Assembly: GCA_032718475.1 (NCBI GenBank)
Contig: JAUCBJ010005785.1
Location: 1 to 64,000 of the forward strand
Source of the DNA: Nemertoderma westbladi
Taxonomy: Eukaryota; Animalia; Xenacoelomorpha
Direction of reading: 5' to 3'
Length of the DNA: 64,000 bases
Shown: positions 1-12,917 of the stretch, piece after piece
How the letters are laid out: every line of letters begins with the position of its first letter
Numbering within the stretch: position 1 is the stretch's first letter
Translations under genes and position numbers: made by a program
The notes under the pieces: generated by a model
Seen by the model: the letters and a program-made list of their open reading frames with translations, nothing else
What the model was told of the DNA's origin: nothing
Database searches by the model: none

Positions 1-130
1 AACGAAACTCAGATATTGTTACATATTTGGAATCCTGTTACGCAAACTTTCCAATGATATCTACAAACCGAGACCAATGTAAAGAATATCGACGATGGGA
101 GATGTGCAATTTCGCAAAAGACACACATAA

Positions 131-470
131 AGGCCCGTTTCCCGTGCAGCTTTTTTTTTGAGTTTTTTTTAAGCTTTTTTTAGTTAAAACAATTTCTAGA
201 AATTAATTGCTTCAAGATAAATCTGAGAATTTTCGAATGCTAAAACCTAAAAATATAGAATAAAGCTCCAAAAAGCTTGAAAAAAAGCAGGGCGAATATC
301 ATAATTATCTAATCTTTACATGTAATATTACATCTCAATTTTATCTGAACGTTAGAAAAGGCTTATCAAGCTTGAAAAAAAGCTCGAAAAAAGCTAGAGA
401 AAAAGCTCAAAAAAAAGCTTAAAAAAAACTCAGAATACCTCACATAAAAAAGCAGCGCGGAAACGGGCCT
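131..470. mobile_element. MITE, PIF/Harbinger (Tourist)-like
   Basis: Terminal inverted repeats AGGCCCGTTTCC...GGAAACGGGCCT, TAA on both flanks (128-130, 471-473), mirrored T-rich/A-rich interior. Confidence 0.7.
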
Positions 471-1966
471 TAAGAGTTTAAAACTCTAATAAAAAAAAAT
501 GTACAGGCAAAATCTAAAATTCCGGCTTCATGTGGACATCGACGATGAGTGGAACTAGTTGTTTTTCCTATTTCAAGCAATATGATAAAGATTTGTTGAA
601 AACGCTTGGGGGGGGGGGGGGGGGGGGGGTCCGTGTCATCAGAAAATGGCACAATATTTATGGGTCATGGTGTACCGTAATTATTTTATTTAGCACATTC
701 TGATTTATACAGTAGTAAAACACAAGTGGAGTAAACAGTACAAACGAGGGATTCCTGCTTAGATATGTTTAGGTGGTTTGTTGTCTTGGCTCTTGTGGTC
801 GTACAGTAACTACGGATGAAATATACTTTTCCGGAAATTTCCTTGAAATAAAACGTATTTTAGGAAAACGCACATCCTTACATGTGGAAATTAGAAATTT
901 TAAGCATGTTCCTGTTTATATCAGTCAGTACCCTTATATCCTAGTAGTAGTATAAAAACATCTGATCAAAAAATGCAAAATTTGAAAGTGACAAAATATA
1001 CATTCATAAGCTACAAAAATATTTATACTTTTTTTCACACTAGGCCTATCTTTTTGTTTTTTATATATTTTGGGAAAAATAAGTGGGAAAATTGCCTCGT
1101 TCGGTTCCGGTTCGGCTCTATAGTTCGGTCGATCACTATAGTTGTGGGATCGTGGTGGGAGGCCTGGGGCATCCGGCCCCTCCCCCCCCCCCCCCCCCCC
1201 CCCCCACCCCCCCTCCCTTAAATACGGCCCTGATGATTCGTGTGGTTTGTTACAGAAATTGGCCTTGCACGGGCCCGGTAAATTAATTTTTTTTTTATTT
1301 TAACACAGCCTAAAAATATAAAATTTAATTTATTCTGATCGATTTACATACACTGATTCCAAATACTACTGTATGTCCATGATTTATCCTGACTGAGTCA
1401 CCGTTTTGGTTTTATTGGAGTTAGAAACCTCCAAACTTACTGTACTCGTTTCGTACCTTGTTCATATTTTAACTGAATAATACTGTTATAAACCAATAAG
1501 TATAAACCAGTACACCAAGGTGGAACAAGTAGTGTCAGTTACCGTCAAGTCAGATCAGATAAGGACTAACCTACTAACTAACCTACTGCTGTTGCTTGCT
1601 GTAGTGTCACAGTAGTGCATAGTGCCATATACTATACAGATGCAGATATAGGCCTATCAGCCTATAGTTCAGTAGTTCAATAGTTCAGCAGTTCCAGAGT
1701 TCTCTAGCGCTATGTTTAAAGTACCTGGACCCGGATCATCAGACCCCGTAGAAGACAAACGCAAAAGCCAACAGGAGGCGCTGAAAAGTCTCGCAATATT
1801 TATCGGAATTTGTGTCACCATAAAAGCCATATCCGTGTTAGCCGGCAAAGTTTCTAACAAATAAATAGTACGGCCTACCCGCCTACACCTACAGTTCAGT
1901 TGTTACAAGATTGTTGGTGATTGTTGTCAAGACAGCAAGAGTCGAGAGCCCCTAGCCTGACACTCG

Positions 1967-2497
1967 ATGGCTGAGGAAATCATTCACGGCACTGTTGAAT
2001 TAGGAGAATTAGAAATTTTAGAAAGGTTGGGTGAAGGTACATACGGAGAAGTATTCCTCGGACTTTATAATGATACACATGTGGCCATCAAACACATCCA
2101 TGTGACTGTCAACTTCCTTAAGGAAAAGGATCAATTCCTGAAACTCAGTCATCCGCACATTGTAAAGTTATTTGCCTTTGATTTTGAAAGCAGTGTGTTG
2201 GTGATGGAGTTGGCTGAAAACGGGTCGTTGTACGAGTTATTGCATCCGAAACGCGATAAACCACAGTACTCGTATGGACTGGGCAATGTGTTCAGTTGGT
2301 TACTGCAATGCGCCAAAGGATTGGCTTATCTGCACTCAAAGAAACCCAAACCGATGATACACAGGGATGTTAAGCCGCCCAATCTGCTGCTGACGGACGG
2401 TGGGCGTTGCCTTAAGATCGCAGATTTCGGTACTGCTTGCGATATGTCTACGACTTTGACAACAGACCGGGGATCTGCTGCATGGATGGCACCAGAG
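1967..2497 (+). CDS. MAP3K7: TAK1/MAP3K7-like Ser/Thr kinase, exon 1 (subdomains I-VIII)
   Basis: GEGTYG, VAIK, HRDVKPPNLLL, DFGTACD and GSAAWMAPE (TAK1 signature). Donor GAG|GTACGT at 2498, phase 0. Confidence 0.88.
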
Positions 2498-2944
2498 GTA
2501 CGTATAACAAACAACCCTATCATCTCTGTGTTTTTTATTCGCTTTTTTAAAATATAATTTCTACACACTTACAAACAATTTTTTTGCAACTGTATAATAT
2601 ATCCAATAAGATAAGTCAATAGATAAGTGAAGTAGGAAAACCGTGCGCCTGCAGTCATTATTATTACTCATAAACTTAGTTAAACAATAAATACGGTACC
2701 GGAATAATAATTATTAATATGCTCTAATTTGATAAACCGAAACTCAACCTAATTTTACTTTTTTTTAAAGTCTTCTCTGCTCGTTAGATCATACTTTTTT
2801 TCAACTTTCATTATTAGTTTACTGGTAAATTTGAGAAATCCCACCAACTAACTACATCACACTTTTTAACATCAGCGCATTTTACAAGCACATTTACATA
2901 TGTGCTTTTCAACTGATAATTTGTTTTTTTATTCCGCTTCCCAG

Positions 2945-3934
2945 GTGTTCCAGGGCACTAAATACAACGAAACGGTTGACTGTTTCTCCTTCGGAATTAT
3001 TATGTGGGGCCTTTTAACCCGCAAGAAACCCTTCATGAAAAACACCACTGCCTACATGATCTTGTGGGCTTATGTCTCAAAACTACGACCCCCAATCATA
3101 CAGAACTGCCCCCCGGTAATAGAGGACATATACACAAAGTGCTGGGCCCATGATCCCGAAGATCGCATCCCTATGTCCAAGATTGTGGACATTCTAGGGG
3201 ACTTACTGAAACTCTGTCCCGAGGAATCCTACAACACTCCAATTATGCCCGTCGCGACGACAACGACGCGAGTACGCCGACCGTCGGAAGCGATGACAAC
3301 GCTCGATTCTCAAGCTACACAAGATACCGAGGTCCCGCGGGACTTCACGAGGTCTACCATGATGACCGCGTCCATATCCCCAGGTACTCGACCCCGAGCT
3401 GTCACCTTCAAGCATCCCCCTGTAGCGCGTCCTTCCAGTCCCGTTCGGAGTCGATCCAGTGAGAATTTAATCTCTCCGGAGCCGGCTTCCACCGGCATCC
3501 TCAAACAGCGTACGCATCGCCGGACGCACAGTGATGGGCCTCCTCCGGCCGACGACGACTCGATGCGACCCCCATCGCCGAATCGCAGCGTCTCGTGGCC
3601 CAGTCCGCTGGACGACGCATTGGATGAGTTCGTACGTGGGTTGGACGAGCGTTACCGCCCCATCAACCCCGATGTAAGTAATCCGCGCTCCGTCCAGATC
3701 TACAACGACCATGTTAGTAAGCTACGGTCATATATGCAGTTGTTGGAAGAGACTGACAAGTACAAGGCCGAGTGTTCGAGGTTGGAGGCGGAACTAGCCG
3801 TTAAAGAGCGGAAAGAAACAGAAGATCTGGAGAGAGTGAAAGCTGAGAATATTCAGTTAATAACTCAGAGGGATCAGCTGAATAAGCTAATAATGGATGA
3901 GCGAGCACGACTTGCAGTGGGCGTAAATGTTTAA
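2945..3934 (+). CDS. MAP3K7: TAK1/MAP3K7-like kinase, exon 2 (subdomains IX-XI, Pro/Ser-rich linker, C-terminal coiled coil)
   Basis: Acceptor TTCCCAG|GTG continues in frame as APE|VFQG..DCFSFGIIMW..TRKKPF..CWAHDPEDR. C-terminal helical region resembles the TAB2/3-binding tail. Spliced product 506 aa. Confidence 0.88.
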   Translation: MFQGTKYNETVDCFSFGIIMWGLLTRKKPFMKNTTAYMILWAYVSKLRPPIIQNCPPVIEDIYTKCWAHDPEDRIPMSKIVDILGDLLKLCPEESYNTPIMPVATTTTRVRRPSEAMTTLDSQATQDTEVPRDFTRSTMMTASISPGTRPRAVTFKHPPVARPSSPVRSRSSENLISPEPASTGILKQRTHRRTHSDGPPPADDDSMRPPSPNRSVSWPSPLDDALDEFVRGLDERYRPINPDVSNPRSVQIYNDHVSKLRSYMQLLEETDKYKAECSRLEAELAVKERKETEDLERVKAENIQLITQRDQLNKLIMDERARLAVGVNV

Positions 3935-5520
3935 AATACTACGCGGCTTCTTTTAGTAGCTTAACCAACTTAATCGCGATATTATTAATTGGAGTAGATT
4001 TAACAATTTAGTCAACATAATATTTGTAGTATAATGTACATTATTCTATTCGGAATAATTTAATTGATAGAAAGTAGTTGGTTGTAGTTGTATGCGTTGA
4101 ATGAATGTAGTTGTATGCGATTTTTTCCTCAATTTCATTGCGAGAGGAATTCAAAACTTATCAGTATCGTTACCTATTATTATCTAATGTTGGTGTTGGA
4201 GGTAGTTTCGTGCCACACAGGAGCGGCTTTTAGCAAAAAATAAGAGCTGTTTAAATATATTTGCCGAAAAAATATCATACAATAACTATACGTTCCGTTT
4301 ATCAGTTAGTGAAATTCTAGATTATTTTCTCACTGAGTATTTTATTTCTCTGTCCATACTTTTACTATTGTGTTGTTTCGTGTTCCTCAAATTATGATGT
4401 AACAACCTACATTTAGATGAAAAGCTATTGTATTAATTAAACTCTCGCTATTAATATTTTTCTTCATATCAGTCTGTTCGGGATTGTCACTAACGGGGTC
4501 ATGAAGCACTAGCGGAATTGTGATTTTCAATTAATTAAGATAAGTATTACCCATAATAAAATTAAACTTTTCATAAATTTGCGAAATTTTCCAAAAAAAG
4601 TTTGATATTTTTATGCTTTCATGGGGTGACATCAGTGATTTTTCACCACAGAACAGCACTTCTCAAAATTTGAACTTTTTGAAAAAAAATTTACTATTTT
4701 TTATATAAACTTCGAATTCAAATTTTTCTAAAATTTGGTCAGATTCAATATTTTCACTTAATAGAAGAAAACAACCCAGAGAACGGCAGAGTCTAAAAAT
4801 GCACGTATTAAGGATGAGCAACATTATTTATGGCAGATATTCGTGACTCTGTATAAAACAACAGTTTTTTACAATTTTTAGATTTTGACATTTTTCATAC
4901 TAAATTCCCTACTAATTTTTAATTTTTCACTTAATTTTCATCAAACATAATATATCCCAAATTGTTCAGCTTCTTTAGGGATACAATCTTAAAGTTTGGT
5001 TTAGCTATTCGGATGTTCAAGAACCGATTTAGTGCCTGCTACCTTTCGACTATCTCAAAATATGATCACAAATCAACGTGAATGTACTAAAAGTCGTCTA
5101 AAACCGCCATAAATTTAAGAATTTTATTTTGATATCTTCAAAAAAGATCGCTTGCATATCTAAGTCGATGATCAATTGTGCTAAACTTTTGGACTGATAT
5201 CTGCAACCCAGGAAGTGTTAATGATACTATTTTACATATAAAAGCCCCAACCAAAATGTAGACAAAAAAGAAGTGCAAATGGTGCCTTCCTGCACAAAAA
5301 GTACCAATTTATTTTCAACAAATTGGTTTACGAAGCTATCCATACTCAGTTTTCATAGTAAAACAGCTTATTGTATTAAAATTTCAGAATACTGATACAA
5401 AAACACGAACTGAAGCAGAGGGCAACCTAGTACATATTACAATTTTCAATAGTTTATTTTTTTTCTATTTCTACAAAAATTGATCTACACACAGTGAAAT
5501 CCCATTCCGTACACTAAATC

Positions 5521-6401
5521 GCTCTGTTATCACGGGTGGAACGGGGACACGGGTAGCTCTGTTGCAACGGGTGGAACAGGGACACGGGTAGGAGCTCTGC
5601 AGTAACGGGTGGGGCAGGGACACGGGTAGGAGCTCTGCTGCCACGGGTGGAACAGGGACACAGGTAGGAGTTCTGCTGCCACGGGTGGAACAGGGACACG
5701 GGTAGGAGCTCTGCAGTAACGGGTGGGGCAGGGACACGGGTAGGAGCTCTGCTGCCACGGGTGGAACAGGGACACGGGTAGGAGCTCTGCTGCCACGGGT
5801 GGAACAGGGACACGGGTAGGAGCTCTGCAGTAACGGGTGGGGCAGGGACACGGGTAGGAGCTCTGCTGCTACGGGTGGAACAGGGACACAGGTAGGAGCT
5901 CTGCTGCCACGGGTGGAACAGGGACACGGGTAGGAGCTCTGTTGCAACGGGTGGAGCAGAGACACAGGTAGGAGCTCTGCTGCCACGGGTGGAACAGGGA
6001 CCCGGGTAGGAGCTCTGCAGTAACGGGTGGGGCAGGGACACGGGTGGGAGCTCTGCTGTAACGGGTGGGGCAGGGACACGGGTAGGTGCTCTGCAGTAAC
6101 GGGTGGGGCAGGGACACGGGTAGGAGCTCTGCTGCCACGGGTGGAACAGGGACACGGGTAGGAGCTCTGCAGTAACGGGTGGGGCAGGGACACGGGTAGG
6201 AGCTCTGCTGCCACGGGTGGAACAGGGACTCGGGTAGGAGCTCTGATGTAACGTAACAGGTGGAACAAAGACACGGATGGGAGCTCTGCTGTAACGGGTG
6301 GGGCAGGGACACGGGTAGGAGCTCTGCTGTAATGGGTGGGGCAGGGACACGGGTAGGAGCTCTACTGTAACGGGTGGGATGGAGACACGGGAGGAGCTCT
6401 G
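5521..6401. repeat. GC-rich minisatellite, 38-bp unit, about 23 copies
   Basis: Unit ACGGGTGGAACAGGGACACGGGTAGGAGCTCTGCTGCC interspersed with a GGGTGGGG/CAGTA variant; period 38 (5643 to 5681). Confidence 0.95.
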
Positions 6402-6908
6402 TGTGAGAAATTTGTCCTAGGGAATCTGCCTAATTAACACTTGTAGTTTGCAACTCTTGAGTTTATTGGCAACCGACGAAGTTTAGTTCCATCGTATGAC
6501 AATTCACTGAACACTGCCCTTCTCCATAACCAAGGTCGTTTCCAGAGCAACGGTATTTTTTAATACGTATATAATAATTATTATTATTGTTATTATTATC
6601 AAAATGGCAGGACATACTACATTACAGCATTACGAGGCATATTATTAGCAAATCGTTTCATAGCGCGGTATGCTATGCATTCTGCCAATTAGATTTTGCG
6701 TCCGAATATTGGTTTGACAATAAGGATAAGTGCAGGTCAAATCGTAAAAGAATCAAAACTATTGCAAGCTGTTCTATGTCTGTCTGTCTCTATCTCACAC
6801 TACAGCACTAGGCCTATCTTTATTTGACTATTAAGACTATGCTACGGTGAGATTATAACTATAGGGCCTACCTATACAACCATGGACTAGGCCTAATCCT
6901 GTAATAAA

Positions 6909-7324
6909 TCACTTTTCATCTTGCATCCGAGTGTATGGATTGAATCCGTCCCACTGGGGCTGGGGTACGACCATAAGCGTTGTGTGTACGTTGGTTGTCC
7001 TCCTACGACAACAGCAGCAATAACAGCAGCAGATACCGACGAGTAGGATAGGTATGATGACAGTGCAAGCCGCGATGATAATAACCGCGTTGTAGGAAAC
7101 ACCCAGTATATCGCCGAGTTCGTCTAGGAATTTCTCTATATTCGAACAGCAGTGATCCCCTCGACAGCAGTACCGGTATCCCTGGTCTAACAGTACGTCG
7201 GTAACTTGGCAGGTTTATCGCCGGTCGGACCAGGTAGGCAGGGTACCCGGTTACTGGAATCGGAACCATAGACACCAGTAACAGTGATAATAAAAGCTAA
7301 TGACGTAATACAAAGTATTGTCAT
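6909..7324 (-). pseudogene. Shisa-like/STMC6-type single-pass Cys-rich membrane protein with a 1-nt frameshift (pseudogene or sequence error)
   Basis: Hand translation: signal peptide MTILCITSLAFIITVTGVYG, then ..VPCLPGPTGDK. Adding one base near 7214-7216 gives TCQVTD..YRYCCRGDHCCS..TM helix..CCCYCCCCRRRTTNV..QDEK*, 138 aa, with a C-C-CC-CC ectodomain pattern. Absent from the ORF track. Confidence 0.7.
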
Positions 7325-7541
7325 CTTACGTTCTGAAGTTCAAAGTTTACTTATTCAGGAGCAGCGGGACTTTCAATACTAGCCTATATAGTTACTGATT
7401 ACGGTACATAAATTCCATAAAACAGGGACAACAGGACTATCGGTAGGCATTTGCACTAAAGATCGGACAACCAGGGCGAGACGGGGGGAACTGGACGCAA
7501 AACCCGCCTTGGCGAATTAATATCCCGCCTCAATGTTAAAT

Positions 7542-8220
7542 GGGGCCGTCCAAGTATGACGTCTGCACTTTTCCCCAAAATTTTGACCCCCTCCCTCCCC
7601 TAAATCAGATGTCATCAGATAGACGTTGACCCCCCCCCCCCCCCCCTAAATCAGATTAAAAAAAAATTTGTAATAAACTATTATCAGCAGGATAAAGGTA
7701 TTATATTGCATTGGAGGGGGGGGGGGGGGGGTGCACGGGGGCTGGCTGTAGTTACATAGCTTATCTATATAGGAAGGTATAGAGTTGTAGTAGGATAGCC
7801 TATCGTTTACATACTTCTACCTGATGCGACAGCAGTTTATGAATGATAATAAACAAACAAGCTAATAATAGGCCTAAATGAACCAGTACTGCAGTCTTTA
7901 ACAATCATTAGCTTAGGATTAATGTTTCATTTTCAGGCGAACCCCAGTACCTCAGTACCCCAGTAGCACGCGTCCTAATCACTGAAAGATGGTGACTGGT
8001 AACTGAAACAGAAGGTCGTGCTAAGGGCCTTCGGGGGCTTCGAACAATTAAAATAGGCAAGCTATTTACTCTTCTGCTATATCTCTTCTAGCGCCTATAA
8101 ATGAACATGCTGACGTCAGATTTTGGCTGACCCCCTCCCCTCCCCTCATCAGCACGTCATCAGATTTTCCCAACCCCCCTCCCCCCCCCTAAAGTGCTGA
8201 CGTCATACTTGGACGGCCCC
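7542..8220. mobile_element. Non-autonomous TIR element (Harbinger-like)
   Basis: About 30-bp TIR GGGGCCGTCCAAGTATGACGTCWGCACTTT at both ends; 3-bp duplication AAT (7539-7541, 8221-8223). Confidence 0.75.
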
Positions 8221-8961
8221 AATTCTCAATTTAGGGAAAGGAGCAGGTTACAGTGTTACGTTATTTTAACGCAAAACAATAAACTGAGCATAATATAACA
8301 GGTTACAGTGTTAGGTTTGAGCATAATCAGCTGTTATTTGCGTCGAATGTCACCGTCGCCAGACGATGAATTTGTATATTGCGTCCAGCTTCCTCCCCTT
8401 TCTGCCCGGGGTTGGTTGAGCTGCCTTGTAGTCGAATATGAATTCCCCGGACATTTTGACTATTTGAACTCAATTCTTACGCTTTGCGAGGATAAATTAG
8501 ATTTTAAAGAATGCTGCTGTCACAGCCGGTTGTAGATCGATTCGGCCTCGATTTCCCGATTGTCCGGTTTTCGGCTCTGTGACAGTAAATAATTACCCCA
8601 CAATTTCTGGAACTATATTTGCCGTACTTCCGTAGATAGTCATATGAGTAAAGCAAACAAAAATATCTAAAAACGGTTGATGACCAATTCTTGAATTGTT
8701 TAGACTGAAGTAGCATGTATCCGAGATTTGGGATCAGGAACCGGAACTCTGCCAAGACGATTCTGAATTCGAACATAGACAATTAAAAATAAGAATGTGA
8801 AAGAAGTATTGTGACATGCTCTTCAAAACTGTTGAGAAAATCACCGGATAATTTGTCAATACAGAAAAAACGACATATTATGCAGAACAATGTCACTGAA
8901 GAACAATAATTTAGTAAATGGGACTAGTTAATAATTTTATTTTTTATAATTTTCTGGTAAA

Positions 8962-9645
8962 GTACTACTACTACTAGGATCGGCATGCTGCATTGCAGCT
9001 GCATTTTTAAGAATACTGTGCCGGCTTGTCGACAGAATTGCGCCGCCACAACTCCCTATCACCCATGACATTTGCTAGATCATCCGCATCTTCAAGGCCA
9101 GTGTCCTTTAAGAGGCGTCTCAAGAAAGTCATGGGCTGTCCACCATGCTTATTCACTCCATGAGGCTGCCAAAGTACAAGATTATGCACTGGCTGGTCCT
9201 GACGGCAAAAGCAATATCCTGCAAAGCGGAGGCGATTTTGTTCTAGTGTCAAGCTTGGGGGAAGCAATGAGACACCTCTAATGTTATATAGTGTCTGGTT
9301 GGAGATGTGTGCATTGTACTTGACACAATGAAGTGAATGTGCCATCCAGAGATTTGGTGTCCTCAGCAGTTAGAGCCCAGCATGGACTCCCATAGAGGAG
9401 TACTGGAACTACTGCTGCTCTAAATAATCGGACCTCAAGTTTCCCATTAATTCTCGGTGACTTCTAAATCCTGGAATGCCTATTCCATGCTGCCCATGCC
9501 TTTCCCTTACGCATTCGAAGGTCCTCACCTGACTTCCAGATCCATGATCCCAGGTAACAGAAGTCGTCCACATGCTCAAGCATACCATCCTTTGAGCAGA
9601 GACTTGCTGAGGACTTTCAAAGTTAACTGTCAAAATGTTGGTCTT
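8962..9645 (-). mobile_element. RTE-clade LINE, 5'-truncated 3' fragment
   Basis: RLRFAG(Y/H)CF..QPVHNLVLWQP..DRELWR C-terminus, 3' UTR and (TAG)n tail; near-identical to 30233-31304. Confidence 0.9.
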
Positions 9646-10241
9646 GTCCAAGGGGGGGTAAATCCTTAAATCCGGTATTTACTCGGACATCCTTTATGGA
9701 CGACCCCTTAAACAGATTGAGATAAGTGAAATTGGAAGGGTTATGCCTTTCGCACGCTCTCTAGCAGCAGACTGGAGAACTGCAGACCGATTATCTAACC
9801 AAACAATAAAAAAAGGTCAATATCACAAGTTACAGGTTCATTTTTGATGGAAATCAACCGTTATTTGTCTTGATTTACCCATATAGAGTATCCCACTTAG
9901 ATCGCGTCACACCAATAACATGGTATGAAAGGATGACTTCATCACAACCACAATTATTTCAGAGAGACTATTTCAGTTTCCGCCTTATTAATTGTATATT
10001 TATACACCACACTACACTAATACAGTACATAACGAAAATATATTCGTTATTTAACAAATACCAACATAGCAATAACGAATGGTTTCATCCTAGCTGTTGG
10101 TGGATGGATGGATATAATATGTTATATATATACCATATGTTGTTATATGGTATATAATATGTATAACTTATTGTAGTACACCATTATTGTGGACTTAAAA
10201 CCCTATCTGGCCCGGACTATTTTACAACGTAATAGGGTTGA

Positions 10242-10695
10242 GTACAACTGTGTTTTGGGCACACCGCAGCCCCCCCCCCCTCAAATTTTTTATACTAGCT
10301 AGTTTTTGTTACTTTTTTAAAAAAAATGTTGTAGAACATATTATCTATTCATTTAATATCAAAAATTTTGTTCTAGAACAAATATTTTTTGTTCTAGAAT
10401 AAAAAAACAAAAACTAGCTAATTTGTTAATTTTGTTAATTTTTTATTGTATGTTATCTTTGTAATACATATTTAATAAAAATCACTAGCTACAATGAAAA
10501 TTTGTCAGTAGTTGTTAGTAAATGTTTTTAACATAAATTTAGTAAATGTTCTAGAACAAAAAGTATTCGTTCTAGAACATTACTTTTTATAAAAATGAAT
10601 AGATGATGTTCTAGAACATTAAAAAAAGTAAGAAAAACTAGCTATTTTTAGGGGGGGGGGGGGGGGGTGGGGGGTGGGCCAAGCACAGTAGTACC
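10242..10695. repeat. Inverted-repeat (foldback) element
   Basis: Mirrored arms: GTACAACTGTG..poly-C..TAGCTAGTTTTT..GTTCTAGAAC versus GTTCTAGAAC..AAAAACTAGCTA..poly-G..CACAGTAGTAC. Confidence 0.7.
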
Positions 10696-10700
10696 ATAGG

Positions 10701-11451
10701 GTTGGTGCGCGAAAAATTGTTGGGTTACAAACAATTGAATAAGCCCTGAATCGAGTGGCGGGGTGTGTTTTTTTGTAAAACACATGCAAACGGTCGAAAT
10801 GACGGGTTTAAGTAAGCGCGGGAAGCCAATTTTGAAAATCGGCTGTGATTGGCTGCTACAGATCTGACGTCACTACGAAGTGCTCAGATAATTTATTGTA
10901 TTGGTTTCTATGGAGGGTGATTTTAGATCCATTTAAATACACATTTAATCTCAATAATTTCACACGTGGCTTATATCAATTGAAAGCGGAGAGTCTTGCT
11001 CGTCTTTTAACACTGCAATTAATTAAATTCATGATGAGGAACCTTGATAAAATGAACCAATTTACAATTATAAAGTCGCTGAATGCCTGACCGCACAACT
11101 GTTTGCAAAATTGCAAACAGTATTTTATCAATGTTCATGATCATGAATTTAAGTAATTGTAGTGTAAAAAGACGCGCAAGACTCTCCGCTTTCAATTGAT
11201 ATAAGCCACGTGTGAAATTATTGATCTAAAATCACCCTACTTAGAAACCAATATAAGAAATTATCCGAGCACTGCGTAGTGACGTCAAATATGTAGCAGC
11301 CAATCACTTTCCCGCGCTTGCTTAAACTCGACATTTCGACTGTTTCCACTTGTTTTTACAAAAAACACAGCCCGCCACTCGTTTCTGGGCAGGGCACCTT
11401 GTTTCACCTTATTCGATTGTTTCTAGCTAAACAATTTTTTCACGCACCAAC
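10701..11451. repeat. Long foldback element, arms about 340 bp
   Basis: AATTTCACACGTGGCTTATATCAATTGAAAGCGGAGAGTCTTGC (about 10956-10999) has its reverse complement at about 11176-11219; the symmetry extends to GTTGGTGCG/CGCACCAAC at the ends. Confidence 0.85.
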
Positions 11452-12917
11452 GCGGGGGGGGGGGGGGGGGGGGGGTGGGTGGGGCGGTTCATTTTAGAAA
11501 TTTTTAGATCGTACCTCACAATTTTGATGGTACAAGGGTGGCAATGCAACCATCATTTTTGGTGCTATTTTGTTCCCCTAGGACGATAATAATAAATTTT
11601 GCGTTTGGGTTGATAATTCTGAACGTATATTGGTTTTCGAGGTCGCTGATCAAGATGAAACTGGTTATAAATATTTCTGGTAATGCAAACGCAATTTTGG
11701 TGCCATTCTGGCGCCCCAGAACGAAAAATACAAGTAGCACAAAATTATAAGCTGTTCAATTTTACCTTTGGTTTGGTAATTCTGAACCTATTTTACTTTT
11801 CGAGGTCGCTGATCACGAGATCACGATACAACTCGTCATGAATCAATCGTGGTAACATACAACGATAATTTTTGGTGCTTGTCTGTTGGGACGAAAAATA
11901 CAAGTAGGATATAATTTCAAACGACAAAAAATTGGTTGGATAATACGATATTTTTGAGTGTCATATTCGTGATCTGCGTGACAGAAAACCCATAATATCT
12001 AAAAATCAGGTTGATTTTCTAATGATTTTTGTTTATCAAATTTGTGCTACTTGTATTTTTCGTGCCGCACATTGACACATATCCAAAAATGCCCTAAACA
12101 ACAATGTACGATATATTTCAGTGTCATATTCGACGAGATCAGCATCCCAAAAAACCTACATGGTCATAAAATCAATTTGATTTTGTGTTAATTTTTCATT
12201 ATCTTATTTGCACTAGGCCTACTTGTTTTTTTCGTGCCCCTAGCCCTGATGGCATATTCAAATTACCCAAAATTTTCTCGAATGTTGTATTTGAGTTCAA
12301 TAATCGCGACCAGTGTCCAAAAAAACCGCTACATACCGCAAATAAATTAATCTTAGTGAATTATAAAAACTTTTGAAAATTATAGCACGAAAAATACTGG
12401 AGATGGGTGCCAGAAAGGAACCACAGCACGAAAACTATCATAGCCATGTGAATGGCGTTTGCTCTGTTGGATAGCCAATTAAATTTTAGGAAAAGTCACA
12501 AAATCTCAGTTTTCCCAACAAACCTGACTCAAAGATACAGATAAATTACAAAAAGATAAAATGACAACCCCCCCCCCCCCCCCCCCAGGGCCAAAATAGG
12601 GTTAAGTAACTAACTACATTCCAGGTAAGAGGTGACGGTGTAGTTTACGGACACCAGTGTAAAAATTTAGGCGCCTACACAAAAAACATTTATATCACGA
12701 CCATATATAGCCCGAACAATAGACAGACACCAAGAAAATGTAGTGTGGATAATTCCAAAACATTTTTATACAGTCTGGGAAGTTAGTTATAAGTAACAGT
12801 GAGAAATGTTGCATTGTGACACGTCTTCAGTATACTTCCGGTTGATAATACATCGTTAAATTGTATGTTTTCGTAGCAACTTTAAGTTTGTGATCAACTT
12901 CATTCATTGGCTCGCGT

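Larger units (their letters stand above)
10201..12601. mobile_element. piggyBac-like non-autonomous element containing nested foldback elements
   Basis: Ends CCCTATCTGGCCC and GGGCCAAAATAGGG|TTAA; left flank TTAAAA is imperfect. Interior has two long inverted repeats and degenerate direct repeats at 11520-12400. Confidence 0.5.

Noticed and set aside
5471-6350. Pro/Cys-rich ORFs of 88-278 aa
   Set aside because: Translations of the 38-bp minisatellite cycling through three frames.
6446-6551. Possible exon FATLEFIGNRRSLVPSYDNS.. with AG/GT ends
   Set aside because: No recognisable homology, weak donor, and its end phase (1) does not match the 43936 exon.
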